Shown here in pieces: positions 58,326-64,000 of a stretch of DNA of 64,000 bases (positions are counted from its first letter, which is position 1; each line of letters begins with the position of its first letter). Location of the stretch: NCBI GenBank assembly GCA_039795165.1, contig JBDKER010000003.1:105220-169219 (forward strand), read 5' to 3'. This stretch comes from Verrucomicrobiota bacterium (GTDB lineage: Bacteria; Verrucomicrobiota; Verrucomicrobiia; Verrucomicrobiales; V1-33). Both the position numbers and the translations under genes were made by a program. Below the pieces are notes generated by a model, which had not been told where the DNA came from, did no database searches, and worked only from the letters and a program-made list of their open reading frames with translations.

Positions 58326-58481
58326 GAACGGAATTCTACACTTCATCAGCAGGACGTCCGGTCGGTGCAAGCACGATTTGGCACTGGACATGCCGAACCC
58401 GGCCACGAGGAGGGAATGGATGACACCGCAGGCACAGTCGTGTATGGTCCTCATGAAATTCTCCATGACTGCGAACTGACC

Positions 58482-59822
58482 ATGAAACGATTCCTGCTTT
58501 CCCTTCTTCTGGCTGGGCTGATTCCTGCGCGTGCCGATCTGCAGGCGTACCTTGCGCGTCCCGAGCCTGCCTTCCAGTGGAGCGAGGCATCGAAAACGGT
58601 GCTTAACGGGTGTGAAGTCCGCCTGCTCAGGCTGACTTCGCAGGAGTGGCAGGGGATCCGGTGGGAGCACGATGTTATTGTCTTCCGGCCGCTGGAGACC
58701 CCTTTTGCGGGCAAGCTTTTTCTGATGAACAGCGGGGGCTCCGCGAAGGAGAAGGATTACCCGTATGGAGCGATGCTGGCCGCGAGGATCAAGGCTCCGG
58801 TGGCCTTTCTGCTGGGAATACCGCGTCAGCCGCTCTTTGGCGGGAAGAAGGAAGATGCGCTGATTGCGGAAACCTTTGTCCGCTATCTTGAGACGGGTGA
58901 TGCTTCGTGGCCGCTGCTGTTTCCGATGACCAAGAGTCTGGTGAAGTGCATGGATGCCCTGCAGGAATGCTTCCGGCGGGAATGGCAGGAGGAACTGAAG
59001 AGCTTCATTGTGAGCGGGGCCTCCAAGCGTGGCTGGACAACGTGGCTGACGGCAGCGTCGGACCCGCGGGTCGAGGCGATTGCCCCTATGGTGATTGATA
59101 CGCTGAACATGCGGGAGCAGCTGCCGCATCAGGTAAAGATGTTCGGGCGGGTGAGCGACAGCATCCGGGACTACACCGAGCGGGGGCTTGTACCGATTCC
59201 CGATACGGAGAATGCGAAGCGGCTCTGGGGCTGGGTGGATCCCTTTCTGTACCGCGACAAGTTCACCATGCCCAAGCTGATCGTGTGCGGGACCAATGAT
59301 CCCTACTGGAGCACGGATGCGCTCAACCTGTACTGGGACGGGCTCCCGGCGCGGAAGTGGATTTCCTATTCACCGAATGCCGGGCATAACCTTGACTGCG
59401 ACGGCAGTGGCGGCGAGCCGAAAGGACCGTGGCGTGCCATCAACAGCGTGGCCGCCTTCGTGAGGCATCAGATCACCGGTCAGCCCCTTCCCAGCGTTTC
59501 ATGGAAGCACGGGGACTCGGGCGATGGCCGGCTGCAGCTGAGCATGACGGCCGAGCCAGCACCAAAGGAAGTGCGGCTGTGGCGTGCGGTCAGTGACAGC
59601 ACGGATTTCCGTGCGGCGAAGTGGACATCGGAGAAGGTGACGGCAGAGGCTGCCGTTGCGGGCATTGCGGTGGAGCGGCCGTCCGCCGGGCACATTGCCT
59701 TCTTTGCGGATGCTGGTTATGAGATTGACGAGATACCATTTACATTATGCACACAGATGAGAATTGCGGCCGCGGTGACGGCGGACTCCGGAACCGGGGC
59801 TGGAGGAAAAGCAACGCCATGA
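58482..59822 (+). CDS. PhoPQ-activated pathogenicity-related protein (PqaA-type alpha/beta hydrolase-like family), secreted
   Basis: The internal ATG at 58482 gives the signal peptide MKRFLLSLLLAGLIPARA. Family core FPMTKS.VKCMDA, SGASKRGWTTWLTAASDPRVEAIAPMVID and GTNDPYW. Confidence 0.8.
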   Translation: MKRFLLSLLLAGLIPARADLQAYLARPEPAFQWSEASKTVLNGCEVRLLRLTSQEWQGIRWEHDVIVFRPLETPFAGKLFLMNSGGSAKEKDYPYGAMLAARIKAPVAFLLGIPRQPLFGGKKEDALIAETFVRYLETGDASWPLLFPMTKSLVKCMDALQECFRREWQEELKSFIVSGASKRGWTTWLTAASDPRVEAIAPMVIDTLNMREQLPHQVKMFGRVSDSIRDYTERGLVPIPDTENAKRLWGWVDPFLYRDKFTMPKLIVCGTNDPYWSTDALNLYWDGLPARKWISYSPNAGHNLDCDGSGGEPKGPWRAINSVAAFVRHQITGQPLPSVSWKHGDSGDGRLQLSMTAEPAPKEVRLWRAVSDSTDFRAAKWTSEKVTAEAAVAGIAVERPSAGHIAFFADAGYEIDEIPFTLCTQMRIAAAVTADSGTGAGGKATP

Positions 59823-62092
59823 AACAGAGAGCGGCAGCAGGGTTGCTGGGGGCTGTGGCCATGATGCTTCCGTCGCGGGCGGCGGAACTGCTGGTCGAAG
59901 CCGAGTCGTTTGCGGGGCATGGGGGCTGGACTCTTGACACGCAGTTCATTGAAATCATGGGGTCGCCCTACCTGCTGGCCCATGGGCTTGGGCGTCCGGT
60001 GGCGGATGCGGAGACCCGGGTGCGCATTCCGGCGGCGGGCCGCTGGCGTCTCTTTGTGAGGACCAAGGACTGGGTTGCGCCATGGGAAGCGCCCGGTGCG
60101 CCGGGGCGGTTTCAGTTGCGCATCAACGGAAAGCCTCTGCCTCAGGAATTCGGGACCGTGGGTGGCTGGCACTGGCAGCCGGGAGGATCCGTGGATCTGC
60201 CGGAGGGCGAGGTGACGCTGGCGCTGCATGACCTGACTGGTTTTGATGGCCGCTGCGATGCCATTTACCTGACGAATGAGGAATCGGCGGCGCCGCCGGA
60301 GACGGCAGAGTCGAGGCGGAAGCTGCTGGGCTGGCCGGCCGAGGCTCCTGAATCGGGGCCATATGATCTGGTGGTTTGCGGCGGTGGTTACGCTGGGATG
60401 AGCGCGGCGATGGCGGCAGCGCGTCAGGGACTGACGGTGGCCCTCATTCAGAATCGCCCGGTGCTTGGCGGCAATGGTTCCAGCGAGATTCAGGTCTGGG
60501 CCCAGGGTGGGACGATGCGGGGGCTTTATCCGCACCTTGGAGAGATCACGGAGGAATATGCGGACCGGGCGACGCACTCGCCGGGGATCGCGGAGGAATT
60601 CGGCGATGCCCGCAAGGAAGCCATCATCCGTGCCGAGCGGGGCATTTCCCTTTATCTCAATCACCATGTCGTGGCCGTGGAGCAGGGCGAACCGCCATCA
60701 CCCGGGCACCGGGTGATCCGCAGCGTGACTGCCCTTGATACCCGGACGGGCCGGGAAACCCGTTTCCGGGGCACCTTGTTTGCCGACTGCACGGGCCACG
60801 GCACTGTCGGAGCGCTCGCGGGGGCCTCGTTCACCATGCTGGAGAAGGGCCATCTGGGGATGAGCAACATGTGGAGCTGGAAGCCTTCTCCTGCTCCGAC
60901 TCCGTGGCCGGAGACCCCTTGGGCTCTGGCGCTGGAGCCGGGCGACTTCCCGCCGACTCGGCGGGCGGGCGAGTCCGGCGATGTCTTTCACAAGGGTGAA
61001 TGGTTCTGGGAAAGCGGATTCGACCGTCATCCTCTGCGGGACCTCGAACTGGTGCGCGACTGGAATCTGCGGGCCGTCTACGGTGCCTTCGGGGCCTTGC
61101 GGAAGCATGGGAATCCCGAGGCTGAACTGGCCTGGGTGGCGGCCATGGGCGGAACGCGGGAGAGCCGTCTGCTGGAGGGCGATGTCGTGCTGACCGACCG
61201 TGACATTGTCGAAAAGCGTCCCTTTCCCGATGGTTGTGTGCCGACGACGTGGGATCTGGATCTTCATTACCCGAAGGAGCAGTATGCGAAGAAGTTTCCG
61301 GATAACCCGTTCATCAGCCGGGCGCATTTCGGAAAGGGTGTGGACCGTGAGAATGGCTATCCCATTCCCTACCGCTGCCTGTATTCGAAGGACGTGGACA
61401 ATCTCTTCATGGCGGGCCGCTGCATCAGTGTGACACATGAGGCGCTCGGCACCGTCCGGGTCATGAGAACGTGCGGCATGATGGGCGAGGTGGTCGGTAA
61501 GGCTGCGTGGGTGGCGGTGACCCGCGGAACGACGCCGCGCGGCGTCTACCAGAGTCATCTTGAGGAGTTGAGGGAACTCTGGAAGCAGCCGGGCGGGGCG
61601 CGTCGGGATGCGTTGCGGGCTCCGCTGAAAGTGCCGGATGGCTGGGTTCCGCCGGGTGCCCCGGGGAAGCCGAAGCCGGGCCTGAAGCCGACGGCCTTTC
61701 CTGGACTGGTGGTCGATGATGACCAGGCTGAACTGACGGGTGAGTGGACGAAGGGGACGGGTCTGCCGGGGTATGTGGGGACGGGTTACCGCTATGCGGC
61801 GGGCGGCAGCGGGGCAGTAGCGGTCTTCACGGCGAAACTGCCGTCCGACGGCGCGTGGGATGTGAGGCTGCGGTGGGTGGCCCATGAGAACCGGGCGGAC
61901 AATGCGGTCTGTGAAATCAATGGCCGGAGCGTCGTGCTCAACCAGCGGAAGGCTCCGGGACGACCGGACGGATTCCACAGCCTTGGTCTAGTCACTGGCA
62001 AGGCGGGAGATGCTGTGAAGATCAGACTTTCGTCGCAAGGGGCGCGGGGATTTGTGCATGCCGATGCGCTCTGGCTGGCTCCGGTGCCGTGA
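59819..62092 (+). CDS. FAD-dependent oxidoreductase with N- and C-terminal beta-sandwich-like (carbohydrate-binding-like) domains
   Basis: The ATG overlaps the upstream stop (ATGA). Signal peptide present. Dinucleotide motif YDLVVCGGGYAGMSAAMAAARQG and a late FMAGRCISVTHEALGT. Confidence 0.85.
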   Translation: MKQRAAAGLLGAVAMMLPSRAAELLVEAESFAGHGGWTLDTQFIEIMGSPYLLAHGLGRPVADAETRVRIPAAGRWRLFVRTKDWVAPWEAPGAPGRFQLRINGKPLPQEFGTVGGWHWQPGGSVDLPEGEVTLALHDLTGFDGRCDAIYLTNEESAAPPETAESRRKLLGWPAEAPESGPYDLVVCGGGYAGMSAAMAAARQGLTVALIQNRPVLGGNGSSEIQVWAQGGTMRGLYPHLGEITEEYADRATHSPGIAEEFGDARKEAIIRAERGISLYLNHHVVAVEQGEPPSPGHRVIRSVTALDTRTGRETRFRGTLFADCTGHGTVGALAGASFTMLEKGHLGMSNMWSWKPSPAPTPWPETPWALALEPGDFPPTRRAGESGDVFHKGEWFWESGFDRHPLRDLELVRDWNLRAVYGAFGALRKHGNPEAELAWVAAMGGTRESRLLEGDVVLTDRDIVEKRPFPDGCVPTTWDLDLHYPKEQYAKKFPDNPFISRAHFGKGVDRENGYPIPYRCLYSKDVDNLFMAGRCISVTHEALGTVRVMRTCGMMGEVVGKAAWVAVTRGTTPRGVYQSHLEELRELWKQPGGARRDALRAPLKVPDGWVPPGAPGKPKPGLKPTAFPGLVVDDDQAELTGEWTKGTGLPGYVGTGYRYAAGGSGAVAVFTAKLPSDGAWDVRLRWVAHENRADNAVCEINGRSVVLNQRKAPGRPDGFHSLGLVTGKAGDAVKIRLSSQGARGFVHADALWLAPVP

Positions 62093-62237
62093 ACTGGAGT
62101 TCATCACGGGATGCGGGCGGGCTGGTCCCGCGGATGGGATGGTTCGTCCCATGGCGCTGGCGGGAACGGTGTGCCGATGGAATCATGGGCCCACACCGCC
62201 GCCATGAGGCTTCTCTGCCGGCGGGAATTCCAGACCA

Positions 62238-63548
62238 ATGACCATGCGGGACGCAGCTGATGTCGTGGACGCGCAGGACGACGCAGGGACTCCGTTCCCG
62301 GGGCCTGCGGGGGAGTCCGTGGCTGCGGGCGAACGACCGTTTTCCGGGTGGCAGCCATTCTTCGTCTCGGTCCTTGCCCTTGCGGGGGTGTGGACGGGAT
62401 TGGTTCTGCTGTTTGCGGCGCAGTTTGTGCTGACGGGTCCGCTGGAATGGAGCGAGGCACTGCAGCGGTCGGTGAGCTTCTGGCAACCGTGGCTGCTGCT
62501 GCTTCCGCTCGTGCTGCTGCTGACGCGCTGGCTGCTCTGGCGGAAGGTTCCGCTTCCAGCGAACCTGCTCGCGCATGCGGCGGGCTGCACGCTGGCAGTG
62601 CTCGTCTGCCATTGGCTCACGCCCGAACGTCTGCCGCGGGGGCCGGGCGACCGTGTTCCGGGGCAGCAGGGACCGCCGCTGAATCAAGGATCTCCCCAGG
62701 ATCGCGGACCGGGACCTCCAGGCATGCGTGGAGAGCGGCCCGGACCGCCGCGGGGAATGGCGGGAGGAAGACCTGCTGCGGGAAACCCCTTTCCCGGAGG
62801 AGCCGGACGGCCAAGGGGACCGTTCGGGCCCTTCGGTTTCCGGACCGTGATTGATGCCGTGATCTACGGCGGGGTGGTCAGCGTGACCTGTGCTCTGTCT
62901 TTTCTGCGGCGTTCGCAGCAGAGGGAGCGGAGGGCACTGGAACTGGAGGCAAGTCTCGCCAACGCCCGGCTCGATGCCCTCCGCCTGCAGATCAACCCTC
63001 ACTTTCTCTTCAATACCCTCAATGCGGCTGCCTCGCTGGTGCACACGCGTCCGGAGGCAGCCGATGAGATGATTCTGAGTCTGAGCGAGTTGCTGCGGGC
63101 GTCGCTGCAGGGCACGGGTACGCACGAAGTCCCGCTGGCGAGGGAAATGGAACTGCTGCGGCTGTACACGGACATCGAACGGACGCGCTTCGGCGACCGC
63201 ATTTCCTTCCGCGAGGAAGTTCCTTCGGAACTGCTGAGGGCGCTTGTGCCGGCGCTGGTGCTCCAGCCGGTCGTGGAGAATGCGGTGCGGCATGGAGTCG
63301 AGCCCCGCCCGGGTCCGGGGACGGTTACGGTGGCGGCCCGCCGGGAAGCCGATCGCCTGATCCTGTCCGTGAGCGATGACGGGGTTGGTTTTGCAGGTGG
63401 TTCGGCGGCCCGCGGCGGCGGCATTGGGCTGGCCAATACGCGGGACCGGCTGAGGGCGCTTTACGGAGGAGCGCAGGATCTCCGCATGGAAGCACTTCCG
63501 GAAGGCGGCACCCGCATTGTGATTTCCCTCCCATGGCATCTCCCCTGA
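62238..63548 (+). CDS. LytS/YehU-type sensor histidine kinase (His_kinase family)
   Basis: Four TM segments. H-region LRLQINPHFLFNTLN and ATPase region VENAVRHG..DDGVGF..GIGLANTRDRL. Confidence 0.85.
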   Translation: MTMRDAADVVDAQDDAGTPFPGPAGESVAAGERPFSGWQPFFVSVLALAGVWTGLVLLFAAQFVLTGPLEWSEALQRSVSFWQPWLLLLPLVLLLTRWLLWRKVPLPANLLAHAAGCTLAVLVCHWLTPERLPRGPGDRVPGQQGPPLNQGSPQDRGPGPPGMRGERPGPPRGMAGGRPAAGNPFPGGAGRPRGPFGPFGFRTVIDAVIYGGVVSVTCALSFLRRSQQRERRALELEASLANARLDALRLQINPHFLFNTLNAAASLVHTRPEAADEMILSLSELLRASLQGTGTHEVPLAREMELLRLYTDIERTRFGDRISFREEVPSELLRALVPALVLQPVVENAVRHGVEPRPGPGTVTVAARREADRLILSVSDDGVGFAGGSAARGGGIGLANTRDRLRALYGGAQDLRMEALPEGGTRIVISLPWHLP

Positions 63549-64000
63549 ATCTCCGAGCCGTCATTGCCGATGACGAACCTCCGGCGCGCGAACGCGTCCG
63601 TCACCTCCTGCGCAGCCATCCGGACATCGCGGTGGTGGCCGAGTGTGCGGATGGGAACGAAGCGGTGGCGGCAGTGCGGGAACACCATCCCGATCTGCTC
63701 TTTCTCGATATTCAGATGCCGGGCCGCGACGGCTTCGGGGTTCTCGAGGCTCTCCCCAGGGAGGAATGGCCAATCGTGATTTTCATGACGGCATGGGATC
63801 AGCATGCCGTCCGGGCATTCGACGCACACGCACTCGATTATCTGCTCAAGCCCTGCAAGCCGGCGAGGTTTGCCGAAGCGCTGCAGCGGGCACGGGATCA
63901 CATGGCGCGTCGGGATTCCGGTCAGGAAGCACGCCGCCTCATGGAACTGCTGGCGGATCTCAGTCAGCGCCATCTGGCGAGACTTCCGGTGAAGTCGGGC
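63533..64000 (+). CDS. LytR/AlgR (LytTR) family response regulator, 3-prime truncated by the window end
   Basis: This open frame is absent from the ORF track because it has no stop in the window. MASPLNLRAVIADDEPPARE..DLLFLDIQMPGRDGF..FMTAWDQHAV..DYLLKP. It overlaps the kinase stop by 16 nt. Confidence 0.85.
   Translation, partial: MASPLNLRAVIADDEPPARERVRHLLRSHPDIAVVAECADGNEAVAAVREHHPDLLFLDIQMPGRDGFGVLEALPREEWPIVIFMTAWDQHAVRAFDAHALDYLLKPCKPARFAEALQRARDHMARRDSGQEARRLMELLADLSQRHLARLPVKSG

Noticed and set aside
57634-58479. A 281-aa plus-strand ORF in the gap between the peroxidase gene and the PqaA-like gene.
   Set aside because: It has an Arg/Gly-rich, motif-free translation. The opposite strand encodes a more protein-like small membrane protein (57915..58325).
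63564-63779. A 71-aa track ORF at the start of the last gene.
   Set aside because: It is in the wrong frame. The frame opening at ATG 63533 reads as a textbook receiver domain (VIADDEPPARE..FLDIQMPGRDG..DYLLKP) and runs off the window end, which is why the track omits it.

Overview
This is a 64-kb, high-GC window (low 60s % by eye) that is densely coding. I support about 52 protein-coding genes, one frameshifted pseudogene and one tRNA-Gln(UUG). I found no rRNA, CRISPR array, transposase, integrase or phage genes. The gene content points to a chromosome of the PVC superphylum, most likely Verrucomicrobiota; this is an inference, not a database hit. The supporting genes are a PSCyt/DUF1549/DUF1553 protein, DUF1501, DUF1080, a PEP-CTERM protein, a Cys-type sulfatase with FGE, a prenyltransferase-repeat envelope protein and a PqaA-like hydrolase. 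Confident housekeeping calls are trxB, tex, lepA-lepB, rho, kbl, a YebC-family regulator, an FKBP-type PPIase and an RfaE-type heptose kinase. Many long ORFs on the track are antisense or out-of-frame artefacts of the high GC content, and several real genes start well inside their track ORF. The strongest candidate for a new system is the same-strand cluster at 18.07-26.40 kb. It encodes two secreted CpoB-like TPR proteins, ExbB/TolQ and two ExbD/TolR. Next comes a membrane-anchored protein sitting in the TonB/TolA position: it keeps the S-x3-H anchor motif but has a poly-Gly linker and a vWA head, and a phytase-like beta-propeller follows it. An orphan paralogue of the same anchor module, fused to a prenyltransferase-like toroid domain, lies at 13.98-15.63 kb. 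Other items worth a second look:
- a haem/metal cluster at 53.1-58.3 kb (His-rich OM barrel, Trp-rich PEP-CTERM protein, beta-propeller fused to a di-haem peroxidase, small CxxC membrane protein)
- a five-gene sulfatase/FGE/DUF1254-DUF1214/HAD/orphan kinase cluster
- a frameshifted, low-GC sulfotransferase
- a Rho with a ~300-aa basic, disordered N-terminal extension
- a PqiA-like fusion protein with no MCE partner.
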